Origin: Chthonomonadales bacterium | Lineage (GTDB): Bacteria; Armatimonadota; Chthonomonadetes; Chthonomonadales; CAJBBX01 | Assembly (NCBI GenBank): GCA_037443035.1 | Contig: JBBIPC010000005.1 | Span: 1-64,000, forward strand | DNA length: 64,000 nt | Direction: 5' to 3' | Shown: piece by piece, positions 37,949-47,667 of the stretch | How the letters are laid out: each line of letters begins with the position of its first letter | Numbering within the stretch: the first letter of the stretch is position 1 | The notes under the pieces: model-generated | Told to the model about the DNA's origin: nothing | The model's database searches: none | The model's input: the letters and a program-made list of their open reading frames with translations, nothing else | Translations under genes and position numbers: made by a program

Positions 37949-39883
37949 TTGGCCGTGAGGGAGCCATTGCGTCTGTATAGTTTGCTACTCAGAGCTTCGC
38001 TCGGCATTCTTGCCGCTACAGTGCCCATTGCGTCGTGGGCGCAGTTCGGCGGGGTCGAGCATGTGAAGCTGAAGGTCAGAGCACCACAGGTGATCGCACC
38101 CGGGAAGGCGTTCGATCTCGTGGTCAGGCTCGAGATAGACCCAGGCTTCCACATCCAATCGAACAAGCCTGCGCCGAACTACGTACCCACAGTCGTAAAG
38201 GTCAGCGGTCCTTCGGGCTTTGGCTTCGGCGAACCGCGCTATCCGCCATCCGAGCGGGTGCGGGCCGCCGGCGAGACGATACCGGTGTTCTCAGGGACAC
38301 CTGAAGTCTTCGTGCCGGTTACCGTCCCGCGCAAGGCCGCTGGCAAGGTGACGCTGAAGGTTGTCTGCAGCTACCAAGCTTGCGACGAAGGGAGTTGTTA
38401 CCCACCTACGGAGACGACCGCGGAGGTCTCCGTCACCGTGGGTGCACCTGCCCCCCGCACCGAGCAGCATGGGGCGAAACCTGCGCCCAGCACGTCGGGG
38501 ACGGCGCCGTCGAAGCCGACGCATAGTGTTGCGACGCCCGAACCGAAAAAGGCGCCAAGCGTGCCTCTACCGTCGGCCCCTGTGAAGCCAGTCGAGACTG
38601 CTGTCGGTTCGGGAGCAAAGAAGGAGGCGCCGCCCGTTGCAGGTTACTCCATGGCCAAGATCGCACAGTTCGTAGGACCGGAGGAGTTCGCGCGCTTCTT
38701 GGAAGGAGGTTCCTCCGAAGCAGGCGAGAGCGCCGGCCGCGTCTCGCGGCTTCTGCAGTCAGGCAACCTCCTCGTCGCATTGCCGCTCATCTTCCTGCTG
38801 GGGCTGGCGCTGAACCTGACACCCTGCGTCTATCCGATCATCCCCATCACCATCTCGTACTTCGGTTCTCAGACTGGCAAGGATGGCAAGAAGCCGCTCA
38901 CTCTCGCGGTGGTGTACGTGTTGGGAATGGCGTTCATGTACTCGGCTCTGGGTGTTGCCGCGGGAATGACGGGCACTCTCTTCGGCTCCCAACTGCAGAA
39001 CCCGTGGGTTCTGTTCGCCTTCGCACTGGTCATGTTCGCCCTGGCACTCTCCCAGTTCGACCGGCCTGACGGGAGACCCATTTGGGAGTTTCAGTTGCCC
39101 GGCTTCCTTCGGAACCGTGCACAGTCTCGTTCTGGGATCGTTGGTGCGCTGTTGATGGGCATGATGGTAGGAGTAGTTGCGGCGCCATGCATTGGACCTG
39201 CGGTCATTGCTCTGCTCCAGTGGGTGGGAATGCAGCAGAGCCCTATGTTAGGCTTCGCCGTATTCCTCAGTCTTTCTCTTGGTCTCGGACTCCCCTATCT
39301 GTTCCTCGCGACTGCATCCGGCTCGGTCAGGAACCTGCCCAGGGCCGGTGAGTGGATGATGGGCGTGAAACACATCTTCGGTGCCGTATTGATCTGGATG
39401 GGCTTCTACTACCTCCAGACGCCCCTGGCCCTGGTCTATGCCGGGTTGCCGAAGATCGCCATGGTCGGCGTGACCGTCCTGCTGGCGCTCTACCTGCTCT
39501 TCCTCGACCGCTCAGGCGCAGGGATTCGTGGTTTCGCGACGTTCCGACGCCTCGTCGGCATCAGTGCAGTAGCTCTTGCCGTCTGGTTGGCCATGCCCGC
39601 TCCCGCAGAGCGCATCGCGTGGAAACCCTACAGCGATACGGCGTTGGAAAAGGCTATAGCAGAGCGTGAGCCTGTGCTCATAGACTTCACTGCAGCGTGG
39701 TGCGCTGCCTGCAAGGAACTGGAGGAGAAAACCTTCACGGACCCACGTGTAGGTGAGATCTCCAGGCGCTACGTGGCTCTCCGCGCCGACATGACGAACT
39801 ACCGCGGTCCTGAGGCGCAGAAGTGGCAGAAGATCTACGGCATCAGCGGCCTTCCGACGATCGTCCGCCTGACCCCTCTCTAG
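37949..39883 (+). CDS. dsbD: Thiol:disulfide interchange protein DsbD (alpha-beta-gamma)
   Basis: YQACDEGSCYPP (alpha); LTPCVYP and AAPCIGP (TM); DFTAAWCAACK (gamma); LPRAGEWM. Confidence 0.9.
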   Translation: MAVREPLRLYSLLLRASLGILAATVPIASWAQFGGVEHVKLKVRAPQVIAPGKAFDLVVRLEIDPGFHIQSNKPAPNYVPTVVKVSGPSGFGFGEPRYPPSERVRAAGETIPVFSGTPEVFVPVTVPRKAAGKVTLKVVCSYQACDEGSCYPPTETTAEVSVTVGAPAPRTEQHGAKPAPSTSGTAPSKPTHSVATPEPKKAPSVPLPSAPVKPVETAVGSGAKKEAPPVAGYSMAKIAQFVGPEEFARFLEGGSSEAGESAGRVSRLLQSGNLLVALPLIFLLGLALNLTPCVYPIIPITISYFGSQTGKDGKKPLTLAVVYVLGMAFMYSALGVAAGMTGTLFGSQLQNPWVLFAFALVMFALALSQFDRPDGRPIWEFQLPGFLRNRAQSRSGIVGALLMGMMVGVVAAPCIGPAVIALLQWVGMQQSPMLGFAVFLSLSLGLGLPYLFLATASGSVRNLPRAGEWMMGVKHIFGAVLIWMGFYYLQTPLALVYAGLPKIAMVGVTVLLALYLLFLDRSGAGIRGFATFRRLVGISAVALAVWLAMPAPAERIAWKPYSDTALEKAIAEREPVLIDFTAAWCAACKELEEKTFTDPRVGEISRRYVALRADMTNYRGPEAQKWQKIYGISGLPTIVRLTPL

Positions 39884-40130
39884 ACTGGTATTCCTGCCTG
39901 ATGCGGCGTAACATGGCCTGACGCTGGAAGTGATACCAGGCGCCGACAACGACGGCAGCCAGCAAGAGCGCACCGAGGCCGAGCAAGCCCGGCGCCACAG
40001 CCTCTGCCGCCTTCGGTGACACACCCTCCTCCTCGTGTGCGAGAGCACTCAAGGGTGCCACTATCATCAGCAGTGCGAGCATGCCCCCGAGCCAGGATGC
40101 CAAGGACGCCCATTGTCTCACACGCTTCAC
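39843..40130 (-). CDS. Small protein with a signal peptide and one TM segment
   Basis: GGAGG then GTG at 40130; signal ending ALA|HEEEG, then a TM and a basic tail; overlaps the dsbD 3' end by 41 nt. Confidence 0.55.
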   Translation of the reverse strand: MKRVRQWASLASWLGGMLALLMIVAPLSALAHEEEGVSPKAAEAVAPGLLGLGALLLAAVVVGAWYHFQRQAMLRRIRQEYQSREGSGGRSSEGR

Positions 40131-40234
40131 TTTCTTACCCTCCACCGCTGGCGTTCGCCACCGGGAGTATATCACCTCGAACACGATGGGCGAAGGAAGG
40201 ACCGGCCGTCCATCCGGCAGAAATAGGCGGCGTA

Positions 40235-41188
40235 ATGAACGGGCTCGAGGGCAATGGGGACAACTCCCAAGCTTCGAATGGTCCTCGTGCCAACGACGCC
40301 TGCTTCGAGCACGTCGTTGTCGTCCTCAACCCTGCCGCTGGACGGGGACGGGGTCGGCGTTGGCAGCCCGTCCTCGCGCAGGGCCTCCGCCGTGCGTTGG
40401 GTCGAGAATGCCATATCGAATTCCGCCACACAGAGCTCGATCGAGGTGCCGAGACGGTGGCACGCCAGGCGCTCCATGACGGGGCCGACCTCATTATCGC
40501 GGCAGGTGGTGACGGTACCCTCCACGGTGTTGTCAATGCTCTGGCAGGGTCGGGCGTGCCGGTTGCGCAGATCCCGCTCGGCACGGGCAATGATTTCGCA
40601 CGCGCCGTGGGTATCCCGATGGACCCAATGGAAGCGCTCGAGGTGCTGCGAACCGGTTCTGCGGTACCGGTGGATCTCGGGCTCAAGGGTGAGAGGTACT
40701 TCATCAACGCTGCCGGTTGCGGATTCGATGCAGCAGTGGCGGAACGTATCCAGCGGGGGTTCCGGAGGCTTCGGGGAACACCGGCGTATGTGGCCGCCGT
40801 CATCGCGGCGCTCCTGCGGTACCGTGCCACAGACATGACCGTTACGGTGGATGGCACGACCGTCGCACAGCGGGCGATGCTGTGCGCCGTTGCCAACGGT
40901 CGAAGCTACGGAGGAGGGATGCGTATCGCGCCTGAAGCCCGGTGGGATGATGGTTTGCTGGACATCTGTGTTGTCGCAGCGTGCACACCGCTGGAGTTTC
41001 TGCGAGCGTTCCCCATGGTCTTTCGCGGGGAACACGTGCATCACCCGAAGGTGACTCTGCTCCGCGGGGCCTCCGTCACCGTAGCCAGCGAGCCTGCAGT
41101 ATCGGTGCTCATGGATGGGGAGCTATGCGGCGCGACCCCTGTATCCTTCGGCATTGCACCCGGTGCCCTGCAGTTTGTAGTACCATAG
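40235..41188 (+). CDS. Diacylglycerol/lipid kinase family protein (YegS/BmrU-like)
   Basis: NPAAG, GGDGT, GTGNDFA, GGGM and DGE motifs. Confidence 0.93.
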   Translation: MNGLEGNGDNSQASNGPRANDACFEHVVVVLNPAAGRGRGRRWQPVLAQGLRRALGRECHIEFRHTELDRGAETVARQALHDGADLIIAAGGDGTLHGVVNALAGSGVPVAQIPLGTGNDFARAVGIPMDPMEALEVLRTGSAVPVDLGLKGERYFINAAGCGFDAAVAERIQRGFRRLRGTPAYVAAVIAALLRYRATDMTVTVDGTTVAQRAMLCAVANGRSYGGGMRIAPEARWDDGLLDICVVAACTPLEFLRAFPMVFRGEHVHHPKVTLLRGASVTVASEPAVSVLMDGELCGATPVSFGIAPGALQFVVP

Positions 41189-41284
41189 GATAGTGCGGTT
41201 GCTTGGTGAAACATCGGCACCGAGGAGAATACGGGCACCGGCTGGTGACGCAGCGTTCCAGACGAGGGCAACGAGAGGCCGACG

Positions 41285-42136
41285 ATGATCTGGAAACGAT
41301 GGCTGACAGCAGTACTAGGAGTTCCGGCCCTGCTGATACTCTGCTGGTTGGGGCCGAAGGTCTTCGCACTGACTATTACGCTCGTGGCAGTCGTCGGTCT
41401 GGGTGAGCTTCTTGCAGCCTACCGAAAGGCCGGCTTTGGACCCAGTGTGCTCGTCGCGGTATCGGGTCTCCTGGGGCCCATGTTGCCCCTTCTCTTCCCG
41501 CACGGCGTCCGTGCATCGGCGATCTCTCTGTCGGGCCTTGCATCGGTCGCGTTGGCGCTCTTCCTGAGCGGGCTCATTCACGAAGTCACCGTTGCGCACC
41601 GAGATCAGAAGGTGACGACGGGCGCGAACGTCGGGCTCGGTATGCTGTGTGGCGGCTACATCGCGTTGTTCGGCGGTATAAGCATGCTTCGTGTCCCGCG
41701 AAACCTGGACGCGGTCCTGCCGGTGGCGAATGCCGACGCGGGCTTCTTCCTCGTCTTGCTCGTGCTCTGCTGTGTCTGGGCGACGGACACCGCAGCCTAC
41801 TACGTGGGGAACAGCGTCGGTTCCGTGAAGCTAGCTCCGGCACTCTCGCCCCACAAGACAGTAGAGGGAGCCGTGGGGGGATTCGCGGCTGCGGTCATCC
41901 TCGGTGCGATCCTGGGTCATCTCCTGCTGGGGCGGGCGTTGCTGGGCTGGGGCATCGGCGCCGCGGCCGGCATCGCAGGCCAGCTCGGCGACCTCTTCGA
42001 GTCGGCGCTGAAGCGGGAGCTGGGCATCAAGGATTTCGGCTCTATCGTTCCAGGTCATGGCGGTATCCTCGACCGCTTCGATAGTCTATTGTTCACTGCG
42101 CCAGCCGTCTGGATATTGGTCCTGGCGCTGGGCTGA
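41285..42136 (+). CDS. cdsA: Phosphatidate cytidylyltransferase
   Basis: WATDTAAY, SPHKTVEG, GDLFESALKRELGIKDFG..VPGHGGILDRFDS. Confidence 0.95.
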   Translation: MIWKRWLTAVLGVPALLILCWLGPKVFALTITLVAVVGLGELLAAYRKAGFGPSVLVAVSGLLGPMLPLLFPHGVRASAISLSGLASVALALFLSGLIHEVTVAHRDQKVTTGANVGLGMLCGGYIALFGGISMLRVPRNLDAVLPVANADAGFFLVLLVLCCVWATDTAAYYVGNSVGSVKLAPALSPHKTVEGAVGGFAAAVILGAILGHLLLGRALLGWGIGAAAGIAGQLGDLFESALKRELGIKDFGSIVPGHGGILDRFDSLLFTAPAVWILVLALG

Positions 42137-42789
42137 TGGAGCGCCGGCTGATCCTGGCTTCGGCCTCTCCACGCCGGGCGGAACTCCTCGCTGCCATGGG
42201 GCTCCGCTTCGACGTGGTTGTCTCCAATGCTGACGAGACGCCTGTGCCCGGCTCGTCACCGGCAGAAGCCGCCGTCACGATCGCCTTCAGCAAGGCGCTC
42301 CAAGTCCAGCACATTCACCCCGATGCCATAGTGCTGGGGGCGGACACCATGGTCATTCTCGGCGATCCGTATCAGAAAGACGGTGTCGTCTACTATGCCA
42401 AGCCTGCGGATCCTGACGATGCCGCGCGGATGCTGACGGAGCTATCAGGCCGGATTCACCATGTCGTGACGGGTGTGGCTGTCGTATGGCGTGCATCCGA
42501 TGGAAGGTTGTGTGGGCGTATGGAGGCGGTCGCGACGCGAGTTCAGTTCAGGGTGCTCACCACCCAGGAGATCGCGGCTTACGTGGCAACGGGTGAACCG
42601 ATGGACAAGGCGGGTGCCTATGCCATTCAGGGGGGTGCGGCGGCGTTCGTCGAGCGCGTGGAAGGCGACTACTACAACGTGGTCGGGCTCAGCCTCGCTT
42701 CGGTTCGGCGTTTGTTGCGAGGGCTGGTGCGGGACGTGGGCCGTGTACCCCCCGTACCTCGGGTGCCCTTTCCCATCGCATCGTGCTGA
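42136..42789 (+). CDS. maf: Maf family nucleoside triphosphate pyrophosphatase
   Basis: LILASASPRR, GADT, DKAGAYAIQG and NVVGL motifs. Confidence 0.95.
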   Translation: MERRLILASASPRRAELLAAMGLRFDVVVSNADETPVPGSSPAEAAVTIAFSKALQVQHIHPDAIVLGADTMVILGDPYQKDGVVYYAKPADPDDAARMLTELSGRIHHVVTGVAVVWRASDGRLCGRMEAVATRVQFRVLTTQEIAAYVATGEPMDKAGAYAIQGGAAAFVERVEGDYYNVVGLSLASVRRLLRGLVRDVGRVPPVPRVPFPIASC

Positions 42790-45700
42790 GCTGTTGGTCG
42801 CGGGTCGCATCGCGGAGCAGGAGCGGCGCAACCCTCTCCACGCGGAGGGATGTCCCCCGACCGCGCTTCTCCACAATCCCGTCGACGATCACCGCAGGCG
42901 ATGTCAGGAAAGTCGCGGTACATCGCTCGATGGCGTCTCCCACTACTGTCACGGGCAGCAGGCCGGTCTCATCTTCCACCTGGGCGAAAAGGACGGGATG
43001 TCCCGACCGAGTAGGGGGACGATGGGGGCGAATGTTGAGCCCTGCAACTCGCACACGCGTTCCGGGATCTCGGGAGGAAACGTCGGCCGTTCGGAGAATA
43101 CCACGCTCGTCCAGGAGGTCCCGCATGTAGGCCATGGCATGGCATTCAGCGCATACGCCCGTGATACGCCATGTCCATACGAACTTGTCCCACACAGAGA
43201 AATCAGGAATGTCCCATGCCGTCGGAGTCGGCAGCGAGGCGGCATCCCCTAGTGGTAGGCGTTGCACCACAGCCGTCGCTGCAGATGGGTTGCCAACCGA
43301 GGGCTGCGGGCCATGGGCATCTCCTGAAGATCTCCAGACCCTGTCTCCTTCAAGAATGCCTTCGAACCCACGAAGGGAGATCTTATCACTCCCTGCGGGC
43401 GATCCATCGCCTGGCCACCCCACCTCCGCACGGTAGATACGCCCCATCTCCAGGGTCTCATCGAGCCGCCACAGGATCCCCCTTCGGTGTTCGTGTAGAC
43501 TATCGAAAGCACCACAGAGGATCAAGTTCTCGATGACATCTCGGGGCACCACCACTCTCGTACAGAAGTCCAGCAGCGACCGGAAGGCACGTTCCCGTCG
43601 AGCACGCAAGATGGCCTCGATATCCTGATCGCTGATGCCGGCTACGATGCGGAAACCGAGCCGAATGGTCTCCGGATCTTCTGCCACGCACTTGTCGCAG
43701 CTCTCGTTGATATCCACCGGCAAGATTCGCACGCCTCGTCGTCGGGCTTCGCCGGCCAACGTATTGGAGCTATAGAAGCCCATGGGCTGGTGGTTCATCA
43801 TGGAAGCGAAATGCTCAGCGGGATGATGGACGGAGAGATAAGCGGTCTTGTATCCGGTCAGTGAGAATGCAGCCGCATGGCCCTCGATGAAGCCATACCC
43901 GCTCCATCCTTCGATCTGGTCGAAGAGCCTGTCCAGTCGCTCCTCGGAAAGCTCAGGGTATCGCTGGAGAGCGCGTTCGATGAACCATCGCCGTGGCTCA
44001 TCCATGGTATCCAGCTTCGCATGGCGCTTGAGGCTCTTCCGGAAGCGATCCGCCTCGGCGTCCGAGCAGCCCGTCATGACAGCCACGACTTCGTTCACCT
44101 GCTCCTGAAAGACAATGCATCCGTAGGTCTTGGCTAGGACTGGCACCAGGCAGGGATGGACCCAATCGGCTCGCGCCCAGCCGTTGCGACATGCCACGAA
44201 CCGCCGCACGACATTGCCGCGGACCGGACCAGGGCGGATGAGCGCCACCGATGCCACAAGATCCTCGAAGTGTCTCGGCTCGAGAATGACCGCCAGGGAA
44301 AGCTGAGCTGCACTCTCGAACTGGAATGCACCGATGGCTGCGCCAGCCTGCATCATCCGATATGTTTGCCGGTCATTCAGCGGTAGCCGGTCGTAGCGAA
44401 AGTCAGGATGGAGGTCCCGAATCTGAGCCTCGGCATCCGCCACTGCCGAAAGCGCCCGTAAGGAGAGGACATCGAACTTGATAGCGCCTACCTCTTCCGC
44501 ATCATCCTTATCGAGGGTCCAGATCTGCGTAATCCCTCGGGCCGACGGCTGCAGAGGTGCGATCGTAGCAAGGGGCACGGCGCTGATGACCACCCCCGAG
44601 GAGTGGGTGCCAATATGCCTGGGGAAGCCTGCAATACGGCCGCAGAGATCGAAAAGGAGGCGGAATCTGTCCATGAGATGGCGATGAGGTCGGAGCTCGG
44701 CAAATCGTTCGAAGGCCGCTTCGATGCGGTCGGCTCGGACACTGTGATGGAGCCTCTTAGCGAGGAAATCCACCGCATCCGCCGGGAGATCCAGGACCTT
44801 GCCGAGATCTCGCACAGCCGATCGTGCCCAGAAGGTGTAGAAGGTACAGACCATGCCCACATGGCCTTCCCCGTACTTCTCGATGATGTGCCGAAAGACC
44901 TCATCTCGTCGCTCCGAGGGGAAGTCCATATCAATATCCGGCGTGCGCCCAGGTGAGAGGAACCGCGCAAAGGGCAGGTTGCGCTGGATCACGTTCACAT
45001 CCGTCAGGAATAGACAGTAAGCCACGCAACAATCGGCGGCAGAACCACGCCCCGTGCATCGAATGCCCTGCTTGCGAGCCCATCGGACAATGTCCCAGAC
45101 CATGAGAAAGTAGTCGGCATAGCCCATCTCGCTAATGACCGTCAGCTCATGCTCGATGCGTTGAGTGATAGCCGGCGTCAGTTGGCGAAATCGCGCCTTG
45201 GCACCGCGATAGGTCATCTCCCGCAGATAGGTGACCGCCGTATGGCCTTCCGGAACGGGAAAGGCCGGTGTAATCTCCTCCTTTCGTGGTAGGCAGCTCT
45301 CGCACCGTTCGGCAATGACCTCGGTATTACGGAGAGCATCGGGACGCCACGCGAAAAGCGCCGCCATCTCTGCGGGCGACTTGAGATAACGCTCTGCATT
45401 GAGGGGACGAAGAGGATGCGGTTCGTCCATGGAGATACCTGCAGCGATGCACCGAAGCACGTCATGGGCCACGAAGTCCTCTCGGTTGGCATGGTGTACG
45501 TTGTTCGTGGCCACTACCCCCGCTCCGATGGAATCCGCCAACCTGGCCAGATCGGCGCATACTCGGGCGGAGTCGGGCGTCAAGTCATCCTGCAGTTCGA
45601 TGTAGAAGTTGTCGCGGCCGAACAGTTCCTGGAGCATACGAGCTGCGGCAACGGCCTCCTCCTCGCGATGCAGACGAACCAGGGAAGCAATACGCCCTCT

Positions 45701-46132
45701 CCGACAACCGGAAAGACAAAAGAGATCGGGACAAGCCAGCGCACGGAACTTCTGCCACGACAGACGTGGTGTAAGGCGGTCTCCATCTCGATAAGCCTCG
45801 GTGAGCATGGTGCAGAGGACGCCATAGCCTGCCCGATTCCGGGCTAGCAAGGTCAGGTGTTCTTCTTCCTCGGTGGAGACCTCGGCCTGTGGTGGATGAT
45901 CGGTGGAGAAGCAGAAAGTCGCCTTCTTCAGTGTGATCTCGGCTCCGAGGATAGGCCGAATACCATAGGCTTCGCAGGCGCTGGTGAACTTCACCGCGGC
46001 GCAGAGACTGTTGTGATCCGTTAGAGCGAGGGCCGGTGCACCCTGACGAGCAGCTTCCCGCACCAGCACAGGGATATCGCTGCCGCCATCGAGGAAGCTG
46101 TAGGGACTGTGGACATGAAGATGAATGAACAT
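42689..46132 (-). CDS. dnaE2: Error-prone DNA polymerase III alpha subunit (DnaE2-like)
   Basis: PHP domain HLHVHSPYSFLDG; GRGSAA, catalytic PDIDMDF, PRHIGTHSSG, KFDVLSL, NHQPMGFYS; OB fold; follows imuB. Confidence 0.9.
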   Translation of the reverse strand: MFIHLHVHSPYSFLDGGSDIPVLVREAARQGAPALALTDHNSLCAAVKFTSACEAYGIRPILGAEITLKKATFCFSTDHPPQAEVSTEEEEHLTLLARNRAGYGVLCTMLTEAYRDGDRLTPRLSWQKFRALACPDLFCLSGCRRGRIASLVRLHREEEAVAAARMLQELFGRDNFYIELQDDLTPDSARVCADLARLADSIGAGVVATNNVHHANREDFVAHDVLRCIAAGISMDEPHPLRPLNAERYLKSPAEMAALFAWRPDALRNTEVIAERCESCLPRKEEITPAFPVPEGHTAVTYLREMTYRGAKARFRQLTPAITQRIEHELTVISEMGYADYFLMVWDIVRWARKQGIRCTGRGSAADCCVAYCLFLTDVNVIQRNLPFARFLSPGRTPDIDMDFPSERRDEVFRHIIEKYGEGHVGMVCTFYTFWARSAVRDLGKVLDLPADAVDFLAKRLHHSVRADRIEAAFERFAELRPHRHLMDRFRLLFDLCGRIAGFPRHIGTHSSGVVISAVPLATIAPLQPSARGITQIWTLDKDDAEEVGAIKFDVLSLRALSAVADAEAQIRDLHPDFRYDRLPLNDRQTYRMMQAGAAIGAFQFESAAQLSLAVILEPRHFEDLVASVALIRPGPVRGNVVRRFVACRNGWARADWVHPCLVPVLAKTYGCIVFQEQVNEVVAVMTGCSDAEADRFRKSLKRHAKLDTMDEPRRWFIERALQRYPELSEERLDRLFDQIEGWSGYGFIEGHAAAFSLTGYKTAYLSVHHPAEHFASMMNHQPMGFYSSNTLAGEARRRGVRILPVDINESCDKCVAEDPETIRLGFRIVAGISDQDIEAILRARRERAFRSLLDFCTRVVVPRDVIENLILCGAFDSLHEHRRGILWRLDETLEMGRIYRAEVGWPGDGSPAGSDKISLRGFEGILEGDRVWRSSGDAHGPQPSVGNPSAATAVVQRLPLGDAASLPTPTAWDIPDFSVWDKFVWTWRITGVCAECHAMAYMRDLLDERGILRTADVSSRDPGTRVRVAGLNIRPHRPPTRSGHPVLFAQVEDETGLLPVTVVGDAIERCTATFLTSPAVIVDGIVEKRGRGTSLRVERVAPLLLRDATRDQQLSTMRWERAPEVRGVHGPRPAPALATNAEPKRG

Positions 46133-46142
46133 GGAAGTGAAC

Positions 46143-47579
46143 TCAATCTGCCACAGCCGTCAGCCGCCATTCATTCCCGCAACGACGTATCTCGGCCAAA
46201 CCCAGCGACGGCGTCTCCACTCGAAACACCATGCCCTGCTCCAGATGGCCATACTTCCATCCGGCTTCAGACCACCGGTTCTGTACCTGCGCCACATCCC
46301 ACCACCGACCGTGTCGCTGGTAGCGCAGAGGTACCCCCAAAGAGTTGGTGAGGACCTGGATGGTTTCGTTCAACCGCCGCGTCAGCGGGTAGGTCCAGAG
46401 CTGGAAGGGTTCCCGTCGTCGCAGGGCCGTCGCCTGGCCGACCGATTTCCGTCCAAACCGCTCCCTGACATGTTCGATCGCTCCATTCAGTCGAATCTGC
46501 CGTTCATGCGGCAGTACCTCCGAGGGACGGTTCTCATCGAAAAGAAGCCTCTGCACACTCTCCGCCGGTTCCGCAACCAGAACCCTCAGAGCCACACTGG
46601 TAGGCGGTGCATCGAAGGTCAACCCAGGACCAGATCTCATGCGACTCAGGAGCCGCAGCGCCACCCGCATCAGAGCTGCAGCATCATCTTCGGGAGCATT
46701 CAGAATCTCCGTGCGTACATGAGCCCTCCCCGCTTCCGAGCGAAGAGCGAGAGTGACCGACCGAGAGCGCCGCCCACGGTGCTGGAGTTTCTCTGCAACG
46801 CCGGTGGCACATTGGCGGATGGCTTCCTGGAGCAACCCCTCCTCCGTCACACCGAAATCGAGGTTCAGCACATGCTCTTCGCTATCTGGCGGCCATAGCG
46901 CCCGCACCGGATCTCGATCCTGCCCGAGAGCCAGCCGGCGTAGCAAGGCGCTGCGCTCCCGGAAGACTCTTCTCGTCTCCTCTTCGGGGATGGTCAGGAT
47001 GTCCCCTAGAAAACGAATGCCAAGCCGCTGCAGCCGCTCACGTTCCTGGCGATTCAGATGGGATAGCTGGTCTACTGGCACCCTGGCTATCAGCGACGCC
47101 TCGGTTCCTTCCGGCACGATGACCGGTGCGCCGCCCGGATCGTGTTGGGCAGCAATGTGCGCCGTGAAGCGGGAACGAGACATCCCCATGTGTACCGCCA
47201 CGTCGGCAATGCTGTGCAAGTCCTCGGCGACCCCTATCGCACGCTCTCGAACACCTGCACCCACAAACCCAGCAAGACACACTTCAGGCGATATCGGCTC
47301 GACGCAGGAGCTATCGCACGCGATCCGATCCCATAGGGGTTCTGCCTTCTGACGGTACGCCGAGAGGTTGTAGGGAACCACCACTAGATCAGGGCAGAAC
47401 ACACGCGCCGCAGAAGGCGTCTGGCCAAGGCGCACACCGGCCCTGGTAGCCTCCAAGGAGACGGCTTGCAGAAGACCGTCCTCCCCCAGAAGTGCCAGGG
47501 GTACGTTCTCGAAGTTCGGATGCAAGATCCGTTCCGAAGCTATCGCGAAATCGGGTAGGTAGTAGCAGGCAATCCACAT
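46143..47579 (-). CDS. imuB: Inactive Y-family polymerase (ImuB-like) with a fused C-terminal DUF6504-like domain
   Basis: Y-family scaffold (S.EA..AGV..GQ....AR..CP; L.RLGI); catalytic DxD/SxDE sites degenerate (LPDF, SPEV); QRLLF clamp motif; tail P..Y...GRW..V......W....W...W.L..V.D. Confidence 0.8.
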   Translation of the reverse strand: MWIACYYLPDFAIASERILHPNFENVPLALLGEDGLLQAVSLEATRAGVRLGQTPSAARVFCPDLVVVPYNLSAYRQKAEPLWDRIACDSSCVEPISPEVCLAGFVGAGVRERAIGVAEDLHSIADVAVHMGMSRSRFTAHIAAQHDPGGAPVIVPEGTEASLIARVPVDQLSHLNRQERERLQRLGIRFLGDILTIPEEETRRVFRERSALLRRLALGQDRDPVRALWPPDSEEHVLNLDFGVTEEGLLQEAIRQCATGVAEKLQHRGRRSRSVTLALRSEAGRAHVRTEILNAPEDDAAALMRVALRLLSRMRSGPGLTFDAPPTSVALRVLVAEPAESVQRLLFDENRPSEVLPHERQIRLNGAIEHVRERFGRKSVGQATALRRREPFQLWTYPLTRRLNETIQVLTNSLGVPLRYQRHGRWWDVAQVQNRWSEAGWKYGHLEQGMVFRVETPSLGLAEIRRCGNEWRLTAVAD

Positions 47580-47607
47580 CGGAGACCTCTGGGCGCGAAA
47601 GGCGTCG

Positions 47608-47667
47608 GCATTATAGTGTACTTGCGAACGGCAAACAATACACGTCTATATATGTACACTATAATGC
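47608..47667. promoter_or_regulatory. Perfect 14-bp inverted repeat carrying back-to-back TATAAT boxes (divergent promoter/operator)
   Basis: GCATTATAGTGTAC (47608-47621) and GTACACTATAATGC (47654-47667); minus strand has TTGTTT-17-TATAAT; locally AT-rich. Confidence 0.75.

Noticed and set aside
39870..39905. Stop-codon readthrough or selenocysteine extending DsbD
   Set aside because: The stop is TAG, and the frame closes again after five codons with no thioredoxin-like sequence.
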